From contig OX597837.1 of assembly GCA_951406725.2 (NCBI GenBank), positions 46,748,001 through 46,812,000 of the forward strand: a stretch of DNA of 64,000 nucleotides, given 5' to 3'. The notes under the pieces were generated by a model, which had not been told where the DNA came from, made no database searches, and worked only from the letters and a program-made list of their open reading frames with translations. Shown one piece after another: positions 50,801 to 61,470 of this stretch. The stretch comes from Octopus vulgaris (Eukaryota). Both the position numbers and the translations under genes were made by a program. Each line of letters begins with the position of its first letter. Positions within the stretch are counted from its first letter, which is position 1.

Positions 50801-51944
50801 AGTTAATAAATAAAGCTGCAACAAGGTCAGAGATAGTTTATTGTAAATTATTTCCCATTTTTTAAAACCATTATTTGTGATAGAGTCAGGGTTGTATGCT
50901 CAGCTGATTACAGTGGCTTAATCTTCATCATAATCCTTTTTCATGCTTGCATGGGACTTATTAAGGCAGTGTTTCATGGCCAGATGCCCTTCCTGGCACC
51001 AACCTTTTTAGTATCTTACAATACCTCAGGATATGATGTAACTATTCTACAAACCAACAAACATGTGATGTCTGTGATTAGAATGTTTTTTGCATAAGAA
51101 CCAAGAAGCCAGATTTTTGGAGAGGATTTTATTGATGAAAGGCTTCAAACAAGGAATTAATACTTATCTTGAATATTTAATTAAAATAATTAGGAGCAGT
51201 CTTTCTTTCTGTCTCTCTTCTCATCTCTTGTGTTTTATCCTGTTCCACTCTTCAAATATTTCTTCACATTACAACCTGATGTTGGGGGGCTATCTCTGAA
51301 ATCATTTGACCTGTTAGAAATACCTAAATTTGTTTCAAATCACACCTTATCATCTTTAAAAAAAGTGGCATCTACATAACAAAGTTTTTCACATGCTATA
51401 AGCTTGGAGGATCTTGACTGAAATCCTTTCTTTCACATGTCTGTAAGCTTGATCCAGGTAGACCTATTGTTTATGAACGACATAAACATTTGGTTCCGGT
51501 CTTTCTACAACCTTAAGCCCAAAACGGATCAATGTCTAACTTCAGTCAATTTTCCCCCATTTTATAAGGATCTCAAAAGGGTTTAAACACTTCTTGTTCT
51601 TCTCTTTCCAAACTCAGTGTTTTTTTTTATTAGGAAGATCTTATATATCAGTTTATTTTTAAATAGTCAAACTACTTTTTCTTTAAGGAATAAACAGTTG
51701 AATTAATATTGACACACGTGTATTACTGGTACTTTATTTCACTGAAATTCTAGTAGTGAATGTAACATGATTTGATCTCAGACTCTGTGTGTGTTTATGT
51801 ATTTGTTTTGCAAGATTATTGATGTGAAATTGTAGGTTGAATCAGATATTGTTATTACTTGGGGGTGGTCATATTTTGCCAATGAAACACAGTGCATGTG
51901 TTTAATTGGCAAAATATGACCATCTCTAAGTAAAACAATATATA

Positions 51945-51998
<54 letters not shown>

Positions 51999-54900
51999 AC
52001 AAGAAAGAATTGCCCATGTTAAATTTATATGTATAGATTGTGTACTTGACCAAGGAAATTTTATGAAAATTTGTAAAAATTTACCTCTTGATATTTTCTA
52101 ATGATTTTGTTTTTTAACTTTTAGCCTTTATTGTGTGTTTTATGTTGTGACCTGACCTATTGCAGGATTCACCAAATCTCCTCCCTCAAAGTGCACACTA
52201 CCATCTTAAAAAGATTGTTGGGGCATGTCGGTTAGTGTAACTCTGGATCTGTTGTGTTCTGAGTGAAAGACAGGGAATGGTTCCACTTGGAATCCTTGTC
52301 ATTTGGTTTTTCTCAATTACGATTGACCCAAGACTAATCATTTGTCCCATCACTAAAATGTGTAGCTTGAGATAGTATTTGCCTTTTGTTTTCTTCTCTG
52401 CAGAAACCCCAAATTGCAGTACTGCAGACACCCCAAAGGAATGCGTACCATTTAAAGTAGTATTTAATAAACAGAAATTTGATGTTGAGTTCGATTTGGA
52501 TAAAACAATCAGCCAAGTGAAGACCGGCATTGAAAAAATTATTGGTAAGTTCCTGAGGGCTTCTTATAAATTGTCTTTTTTGTCATTCACATCTTTTGCT
52601 GTATTTGTTGCAATTTCTCTATTTTTATCATTTCTTATTTATTGTTACAACTCAGTCTGTGACGTTTGATGAGTGTCGCATAAAAAACGTTACACACACA
52701 TGCAATGATACAAATGTATGGCACTATAGATCCAGGCAATGTTACCTGTTTGGTTATTGTAGATTCTTACCCAATATTTGTTCTTAGAAAGTAGACTCAG
52801 CCATTGAAAGATGAAAGAAGAATGAAGCCAGGAGCTGAGTTTCTGTGATCTATCACCAGGTGGTGATCAAAACTCAATTCTGATTAGTATTGTCATTCCT
52901 GTCCATGCATATTCTAAATGGTATTTTGTCCCCAAACTCATCATCCCCTTATATGTAATCATGCATCCATCCATGCCTCCCAATACATTCACATTGATGT
53001 ATAATTACGTTCCTGTCCATACATTATTCTAAATGGCATTTTGGCCCTCAAATGATGTTTGCCAACACTGACAATTTTTCATGTTATTGCAAATTAAGAA
53101 TATCTTTTAATAAAATATCTATTTTAATCCTTGCCACATTGCATGTTAGTTCCCTATTCTATAAAGCCTAATCATATTCACAGACTAATTCATCTCAGTA
53201 CCTAACTGTATCCCTTTCTCTCTCTCAATATATATCCTCCATAAGGCAGCAACCTGGCAGAATTGTTCGTTCAGTGGCATTTTGCCTGTCTTTTACTTTC
53301 TGAATTCAGATGTCACTGGGGTTGACTTTGCCTTTCATCCTTTTGGGGTTGATAAAATAAGTACCAGTCAAACACTGGGGGATCGATGTAATTGACTTAA
53401 TCCCTCCGAGGAAATTGCTGGCCTTGTGCCAAAATTTGAAACCAATACCTATATCATCCATATGCATACTATATTTGCAGCACTTTGTACAGCTGGTGTC
53501 TGAGGGATTTATTCTCTAAAATAGGCCAGTTTTTTTACACACTAGTGAACTCTTTCTTCTCTTCTCACTGTTTAGTCAGAGAGGGAGGGGCAGCACCCAT
53601 TACTGTTTATTTTTGTTGAGCCTCTGAGACTAGTGAGAGGATGTTCTCAAACTGGAAACTTCACCCAAATGCTTGCATTAAGATGAATTCTGCTAAAGAC
53701 AAAGTAGTAATCTTAACTGGGCACCACGCAAAAAACTCCAGATGCAAAGAGCTGGAATAAATACCAAAAGGCATCTTTGTTTGATGCTTTAGCAGTTCTA
53801 TAATATTTTATTGACCCCAAAATGATTAAAAGCAAAGTATGACTCAGCAGGATTTGAACTCAGAATGCAGAGAGTTGGAATATATTCTGTAAGGTATTTA
53901 ATTCTCTGTCAAATCAGCTGAATATATTTGGGAGAGAAGTTTATGCTTCGCTGAAGAGATCTGATATGAGGAAAATGTGTCTTGAGTTATTTCCCTTGTA
54001 TCATTAAAATAAACTTAACTAAAATTGTATTTTATTCAATGTATAAATTATTTCTAGTTGACTTTTAACTACCTGCCTCCCTTGGGCTTGACTTGACACT
54101 AATCCAGCAACTCCTTTGGATCACACTAGCATGGTTGTGAGGGAGATTCTAGCACCTGGGTGACTTAGGACCTCCATGTACCTAACCCAGACTTATGTCC
54201 TGGAGCATTTACTGGCCAGTAGTGCAGACTCCATTGTCTTTTGAGATGGACAGATGCCAGCACAGAACTCCAGTTCCCTCAAATGTCTAATGGGTGTTGG
54301 TGGAGATTGCTTGTCCTAGGCAAAATGAAGCACAAACTTTGGAAGTTTGCTAAAAAGTTAATATTATACCAAAAAATAGGGTTTGAGTCCATTATATATG
54401 GGCCTGGGTTGTTAAGCATTTTTCCATTTGTGACATTCCTCACACTCACTACTGCCATCATTTTATTGACCCCAAAAGGATTAAAGGCCGAGTAAAATCA
54501 AAAAGGTACTGACTGGACTATCATATTCCTCATCCTTTAATGTCCGTGTCCCATACTGACTTGGGTTGGATGGTTTAAACAGGATTCAGTTAGCCCAAGG
54601 ACTGCATCATGCTCTAGTGTCTGCTTTGACATGGTTTTTATAACTGGATGTCCTTTGGAATGCTGTCCACTTTACACACAACGTCCACTGGGTGCTTTTT
54701 TTTTTTTTTACCAACAGCACTAGTGAAGTTCTCATGCAACTTGCTTGACTACAAACCTAGAGTTTGGGAAGAGGAACTTCGTGTTAAGAGAATAAGGATT
54801 AGGGAGAGATAAAGGGCCAGAGCAGAACTGGTTTCTTGCTGAAGAGGAGCTATATAACTTCTCACATTTTTGGAAGAGATGGAGGAACTGGAGAGTTTGT

Positions 54901-56613
54901 AAGTGGTGATGAGGTATGAGGTGGGTAGGAACAAGTGGGGCAGGGGTGTCAGGAGTGAATGGAGGGAGTGGCAGATGTCTGGTACAGAGCAATAAAGGAT
55001 GCAGTGGTTATGGTTTTCTCAATTAGAGCCGACTAGAACCTAAACAACAACATAGTTTGTCACCTCAGTTACTCCCAATTTTTAACCTATCTCTCTCTTT
55101 CTCTGACCATTGGTTTCAGTTGTCACCAGCAGACCAGTTAGATTCTCTTCTGTTTTTCACTTAACTGTTTTTTTCCCCTTCTCTTATTCCAGGTGTTCCT
55201 GCTACCATGCAAAAAATTATGTTTAAAGGTATTTCAAATTATTTCATTAAACTGTGTGCTGTGAGAAATGGATTTGTTTAGAGATGTAAAGAAGTAAGGC
55301 TTCTGGGAAAAGTATGTGTGTATGAGGGGGTGCTGAAAAGTTCCTGGCTTTGGGTAAAAGAAAATACAGGAGGATCAGTTATGATTTTATTGGACATATC
55401 CTCCTCTCAGATTCACATACTAATTGCAGAGGTCCTTCAGTTTTTCTAAGCCTTGTAAAAGACCAAGGAGGGTTGGTCTTCCAACCAGGCCTTTTTGCGA
55501 TACCTTAACCCTTTAGTATTTAAACTGGCCAAAATAGTTAATCTGTTTTATGTTCAAACTGACCAGATCCAGGCCCTCACACCTACCCTACAATGTTATT
55601 CTACATTAAGTAATTACACCATCAAAATCTTGAAGATATGAGATAATGCATGATTAATTCAAATCAATGGGAATCAACAAGCATTATGTTTGATTGAATA
55701 ATCTGAACGCTAAAGGGTTTAAGCTGTATGGGTCGTAGATAGTTTGTACCTCCTGAGTAAACCTTTGATAATGTTGTTACGTGTTATATTCTGTACGTAT
55801 ATATTTAATTTGTGCATTTTCCGTAGCTTATGTCAAAATAAACCTCAATGTTTAAATTTTGTAAATAAGGATTTAAATTTTCTCTTTCTTCTGTCACCCC
55901 CAAAAAAAAAAAAAAAAGGTTTAGCAAGAGACGATATGACATTGAGGGAGCTGAAAGTGACCAAAGGTGCCAAAATGCTTGTGGTTGGTTCCACTTTAAC
56001 TGATGTTCTTTCTGTGAGTACCCCCACAGGGGAAGATAAAGATGAAACCAAAGAGGCTGCCACTTCAAAAGAGCCTTTATCTCAACAAAAGGTAAGATTT
56101 CTTAAACTGCTGTCCTCCCTTATAATTTGATTATATGCCCCCTTATGCGTACTTTTCCTTCATTGGACACTAAATTCTGCTTGCGAAGACCTGTTGAGGC
56201 AAGTGAAATCGAATTCAAGTTCAATGACTGCCATCCGTGCTAGTGGAGCGCTAAGAGTACCATATTGTAGTTGTGATACCTGTGCTGGTGGCACGTAAAA
56301 AGCACCATTCGAACGTGGCCAATGCCAGTGCCGCCTTGACTGGATTCTGTGCCGGTGGCACGTAAAAAGCACCAACCGATCGTGGTCATCGCTAGCCTCC
56401 CTGGCACCTGTGCCAGTGGCACATAAAAAGCACCCACTACACTCTCGGAGTGGTTGGCGTTAGGAAGGGCATCCAACTGTAGAAACTCTGCCAGATCAGA
56501 TTGGAGCCAGTCCTCAGTCAAATCGTTCAGCCCATGCTAGCATGAAAAGTGAACGTTAAATGATGATGATGTGTTTGTATATATGTGCATGTATATATAT
56601 ATGTATATGTGTT

Positions 56614-56646
<33 letters not shown>

Positions 56647-59600
56647 CTCTATCTTCTTTATTTATTTATTCTTCACTCTGATGAAGCTCGTTGTTTCAGA
56701 TTGGTTTTATTACCAAATATGATTAATATTTGTACATATTTTGGATATCAATGGCAATACCATATAACATTGGAGGCAGAAACAGCTGTTAGATGGGATG
56801 CAGTCTATTTGCATTGGAGTAGTAAATAATAATTGATGTAATTCAACTGTTGTTAATCAGTAGTTTTCCCTTTTCTGTTTTCTTTAAATTTTGATTCTTG
56901 ATAAACCCGTGTTTATCCTTGTCTTATAACTTACGAACATAATATGTTTGCATATGTATGTCCATGGTTTAATATAGGTAATATATGGGTAGTGTAATGG
57001 ATACTGCTATCCCATAGACAGTTATTTTAACCTCTAACTCAACTAACCCATATATATGTGTAAAGTTAATCCAAACAAGAAAGCACAAAAAAACACAACA
57101 ACGCGAGGACGTGGAACAAATATAGTATTATTGGATGCTCAGGAAAGAAGGAGTTCTTTGTCGGAAACATAGGAGAAGGAAAGATCCAGAGAAGGGAAGA
57201 CAGGAAAAAAAATCGCCAACGGTACACACGAGGTCATGTGTATATATATACACACACACACATATATACACATCTGACAAAATGAAAGCTGGAGTGAGAA
57301 AGGAAGGGCAATGCTCAATATTCTTTTGAATTATTTTCTGAACATTCGTCTTATTGATTTATCTTGTTTCTATGACAGGTACATAAAAAAGTATTGGAGA
57401 AATACAATAAGCCTGAGGATGTGCTGCCAGGCTTTCAGGGCAAGAAATATCCACTGCCTTCTCAACCAATTTCCGGAATGTACAATAAGTCTGGTGGGAA
57501 AGTACGGCTTACCTTTAAATTAGAACTTGATCAATTATGGATAGGTACAAAAGGTATGTATTTTTTAAAACTAGGTACAGCAATGGATTGGTAACAGTCA
57601 TTGATTAGTCTCCAGTTGCTTCTGATCTAACAGACACGATCAGTGATATTTTGTTCACGACAAACCTATGATATTTGGCTGCTGTTTCTAGCTAGTTAAG
57701 CCACTTTTTAGCTTCTTCCTTGTTGGCATGTACAGTTTGTTAGAACTGTGTGTGAGACAGTATTATGTGCTGGAATTTGTAGATGTTTTGGATATGTTTG
57801 TGTGTGTAGTTTGTATGTTAGGATATACATATTTGTTATGATACTTTGTGCATACATATGCAAAAATGTACACTTATATAATAGATATGTGCATTAATGG
57901 TACATGTATATAGTAGCTAGTGTGTAATATTTTGAACAAAAGCTCTCATTCAGAGGGAGAAATTCAAAATGTTTAGTAGAGCACTGGCAAAATAAGTTTA
58001 CTAAACCTGTTTGTGTATTTATTTTCATGTCGTGCTGAACAGTGGCACCATTTGTTACTTTGCTCCAAACATTACAACTCATTCCCCCCAGATACATAGC
58101 ATACAAACCTACTGTATTTACTTGAGTACAGTATTGTCTCAAATATAATGTAATCCAACATTTTGTACCTAAAAATTAGTGATATACACTTTTATCCTGT
58201 TGTCTGTTTTTTTACATTCTAGTATAATGCTAGCATCCAATTTTGATTCTGATGTTTGCGTATTGAATTTCTTGTATTATAAATGCTATATTCAAATCTG
58301 TGGACTTTTAATAACAACTTTGGAGTAATTTCGTAATCTGTTTTAATTGAATAATTTATGGATAAGTTCAATTGTAGTGCAGAATGATTCCAAATTATCT
58401 AACTCTGTGTAGTGACTTTTTTCTTCCAGAAAGAACTGATAAAATTCCCATGAATACCATTAAAGCTGTTGTCACAGAAGCTTTAGAAGGACATGAAGAT
58501 TATCATATAATGGTACGTGTATTCTCTTATTTTTTACCTAGTTATTAGCTTCACCATTCCTGTGAATAACTTGAGGAATTTTCTGTGGCATACTTGACAC
58601 AAGTGTTTGCAGGTGGTCGTCCCGAATGTCACTGCCCAGCAAAGAGCATCTGCAGTCTCAAATTGCATTCCATTTTTGTAAACATCTCTTGCCATCCATC
58701 TCTAAAGATTATCAATGGGGCTTAGGTCAGGGGAACTTGGAGGATTATTCAAGAAATAAACATTATTTGTTCTGAAGGAATCCTTTGGCTTGTGAGCATT
58801 ATGGATTGTAGCATTATCCTGTTAAATCCAGTCTTTTCCACAAAAGGGCCTTCAGTCAAAAGTGATGCCTGCTCCAATATGCCAACTTAGCCCCTTACTG
58901 TTTGATGCTCCTGCACGACCTGAAGTTCCATGGTTCCTCTGTACCAGAAAACACCCGACACCATGATAGAGCTTCCACCACTGTGCCTCGTTGAAAAAGT
59001 CTCCAGTGGAATATCTCATTTGAGAATAAAACTTTCTTCCAGTTGTGAACATCCCAGGTCTGGTGATTCTGAGCAAATTCTAAACAAGTAGTTTTGTGGT
59101 GTGGAAGAAGATGGGGTCTTTTTTAAATCTTTCTCTCTCAAATTTTCTTTTTATTAACCTTGAGCTGTATTCCACGTCTGTTATTGCTTTAATCTGGTCT
59201 GCAAGGAGTTCATTTTGGCAGTGTGTATATTCACTTGTGTGTGTGTACAAATATACACACACATATATCTACATATCTACACACCCACATATATCATCAT
59301 TGTTTTAGTACCTCTCTTTCCATGGGCAATGCACTTTCTATTTTTCATCATCATTTAACAAAATGGTGAAGAGGAATTGGGTGGCTGGGGGGTGGGTCCG
59401 GTAGATATGTGGGAAAGTAGGAGTGCCAAACTCAAGTGTCTCAGTCCTTAAAAACTCAGGGTGTGATTGTGTTTTAATCCCAGGTTAATTTTGATCAAGC
59501 AGAACTATGATTAAAAAAGTGTTGCACTGTAATCATATCTTTTTAGGGATATTTTAGACTACATTATCTAATATGTCCCCTTTTAAAATGGTAAAGTGTG

Positions 59601-61470
59601 TTTTGGCTGCTATTTCGTGTAGGTCAAACAACCTTTTCTTTGCTTTGCCCTTCCCACAACACTTAATTTTTTCACCTTCAAAACTCAATCTAACCCTTTA
59701 GCATTCTGTCAAATTAAATTCTTATTCACATTGTTTTGAATTAATCATTCATTAACTTGTAGCTTCAACATTTCAATGGAGTGTTTGTATATTTTTAGAA
59801 TGACATTGTAGGGCAGGTAGGAGAAGCTGGAGCTGGCCAGTTTAAACATAAAATGGATTGAATGTTTGGCCCAGATCAAACACTGGAGGGTTAATAACTA
59901 TTTTTTTTTGTTTTTACTTGAAACCCCCCTCCACACACACACAGTGTTGTGGGTGAATAAATTGAATTAAAATTATAAGCTTTTGACTTTCTGCATAAAA
60001 TGCAAATGTAAATTGAGGAATTAAGAAATAAATTGTAATTAGTAAAATTAATTACATTTTCCTGATTCTTATGACTTTCTCAAAACATGGAACTTGTTGA
60101 GAGCGATCCAAGGGTCTGCTGTGGATTCAGGGGATTCCCAGATTGTGCTTTGATTGACAACAGCAAGCTGAACCTAGATATATGGTCGTCATCATCGTCA
60201 TTGTTTTAACATCTACTTTTGCATGCTTGCATGGGTCAGATGAGAGTACTTTGGAGAAGAATTTTCTATGGCCAAATTGCCCTCCTTGTCACCCACCACC
60301 ACCACCACCACATGTATCTGTGTAAGGTTATAATTATAATCTCCCTGTCTTTCAAGCAACAAGCAGCCCAGACAGGTTTATGTGGAAAACTGGAAGCAAA
60401 CCACAATGTGTGCTAACAGGGATCATGCGACAGGTCGGGACATTTTGAGAAGCTTTGTTTGGTGAACTGGTCGAAGCCATTGTTTACAAACCAGCAAATG
60501 TGAGGAAAATAAGAACTCTCTCTCTTTTGCTCCCTCTCTCTCTCTCTCTCTCACCCACACACACGCACTTATATGATTGGCTTCTTTCAGTTTCCATCTG
60601 CCAGATCCACTTGCAAAGTTTTGGTTGACCCAGAACTAAAATAGGGGACACTTTAGGTATGCCATGCAGTGGGATTGAACCTGAACTATATTGCTGCTAG
60701 TGGAATGAGGGTAGAGCTCTTGGCCAGAACCTCTTACAGGTTACATCTACAGATGTGGAATTCTTGGTGTGCTTAGTAGAAGTCCTTTTTAAGAACTCAT
60801 TATTTTATTTTATTCTGTGAAGTAATTTCAATAAAGTTTATCTGTTCTCTGTTTGCTGCACCCACTGAAATATGTAAAATATAAAGTCTATACTTTTGTT
60901 TACTACACCCCCCTAAAGTGTCATCTCATATCCCCAAGGGGTGCGAGGCATCCCCTAAAATAGAGGTTTCCTTGTTGGCTTTTTTGAAAACAACAGAAAA
61001 TGCAGTTTGTATATTTATCCAATCCTTCAGCATTCAGAAAACTCTTTAAAATGCGATGCATATATAATATTCACATTGTTTTGGATTAATCATGCATTAT
61101 CTCATTGTTTTAAGATTTTGATATGATTTTTTGACAATGACATTGTAGAATAGGTGTGAGAGACCAGATCTGGACAGTTAAAACAAAAAGGTCGTAGAAT
61201 ATTTTTACCGGATACGGCTGGTTTAAATACTAAACATTTAAGAAACCGTTATTATAGTGTCCCCTCCCTCACACACCTTTTTTGTCCCCTATGCTGAGTG
61301 TTTTTCTCTAACATATTAGTGTTTTTAAATTATGATATTTTTTTTTTCTTAATTTTTAGGGAATTCAGCTTGGGACCACTGAAGCATCTCGTTATTGGGT
61401 ATACTGGGTTCCAGCTCAGTACGTAGATGCCATTAAAGATGCTATCCTCGGCAAGTGGCAGTATTTTTGA
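43641..61470 (+). CDS. UBFD1: Ubiquitin domain-containing protein UBFD1; join(43641-43656, 48998-49117, 52404-52544, 55193-55228, 55919-56091, 57379-57553, 58430-58512, 61360-61470), 284 aa
   Basis: In-frame join of 855 nt. Ubiquitin-like domain ([12 protein letters not shown]...[14 protein letters not shown]...[19 protein letters not shown]) and conserved C-terminus ([29 protein letters not shown]...[22 protein letters not shown]). Confidence 0.94.
43790..44085. repeat. (CATATATACA)n decamer microsatellite
   Basis: Seen directly in the sequence. Confidence 0.92.
47690..48515 (+). mobile_element. Tc1/mariner (DD37D/maT-like) transposase relic with right TIR
   Basis: VWQQDLAP...[27 protein letters not shown]; ends in accccctgTA. 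Confidence 0.85.
48998..49117 (+). CDS. UBFD1: UBFD1 coding exon 2 (acidic N-terminal linker)
   Basis: Strong ttttcattttcatag acceptor and G|gtcagt donor; 120 nt, phase 1-1, open frame. Poorly conserved sequence. Confidence 0.72.
49340..49535. mobile_element. Short Penelope-like/retrozyme-like repeat carrying a hammerhead-like motif on the minus strand (49441-49478)
   Basis: Related copies at about 14180-14385 and 57060-57240. Confidence 0.6.
52404..52544 (+). CDS. UBFD1: UBFD1 coding exon 3 (start of the ubiquitin-like domain)
   Basis: ctctgcag acceptor and G|gtaagt donor; [19 protein letters not shown]. Confidence 0.92.
55193..55228 (+). CDS. UBFD1: UBFD1 coding exon 4, 36-nt micro-exon ([12 protein letters not shown])
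   Basis: Long pyrimidine tract plus ccag acceptor and AAG|gtattt donor; supplies the otherwise missing P..MQK.M.KG core of the UBL domain. Confidence 0.9.
55505..55721. mobile_element. piggyBac-type MITE, inverted relative to the copies at 59690 and about 61020
   Basis: TTAAccctttag...ctaaagggtt termini. Confidence 0.8.
55919..56091 (+). CDS. UBFD1: UBFD1 coding exon 5
   Basis: [26 protein letters not shown]...KEPLSQQK; AAG|gtaaga donor; acceptor AG preceded by a poly(A) run. Confidence 0.9.
56270..56571 (+). mobile_element. Family-C element
   Basis: Near-identical to 21183-21518. Confidence 0.85.
56671..56797 (+). ncRNA. Hammerhead-like motif with long loop II
   Basis: CTGATGA (56678-56684) ... 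GAAA (56779-56782) CAGCTG T T; palindromic stem III ACAGCTGT. Confidence 0.45.
57379..57553 (+). CDS. UBFD1: UBFD1 coding exon 6
   Basis: [15 protein letters not shown]...[27 protein letters not shown]; canonical splice sites. Confidence 0.95.
58430..58512 (+). CDS. UBFD1: UBFD1 coding exon 7
   Basis: [28 protein letters not shown]; ttcttccag acceptor and gtacgt donor. Confidence 0.94.
58600..59085 (-). mobile_element. Tc1-like transposase relic
   Basis: [13 protein letters not shown]...QDNATIHNA...[11 protein letters not shown] fragments. Confidence 0.75.
59690..59894. mobile_element. piggyBac-type MITE
   Basis: taaccctttagc...gagggTTAA; same family as 17331. Confidence 0.75.
61360..61470 (+). 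CDS. UBFD1: UBFD1 coding exon 8 (last)
   Basis: [36 protein letters not shown]; tttttag acceptor. Confidence 0.95.
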   Translation, partial: GIQLGTTEASRYWVYWVPAQYVDAIKDAILGKWQYF

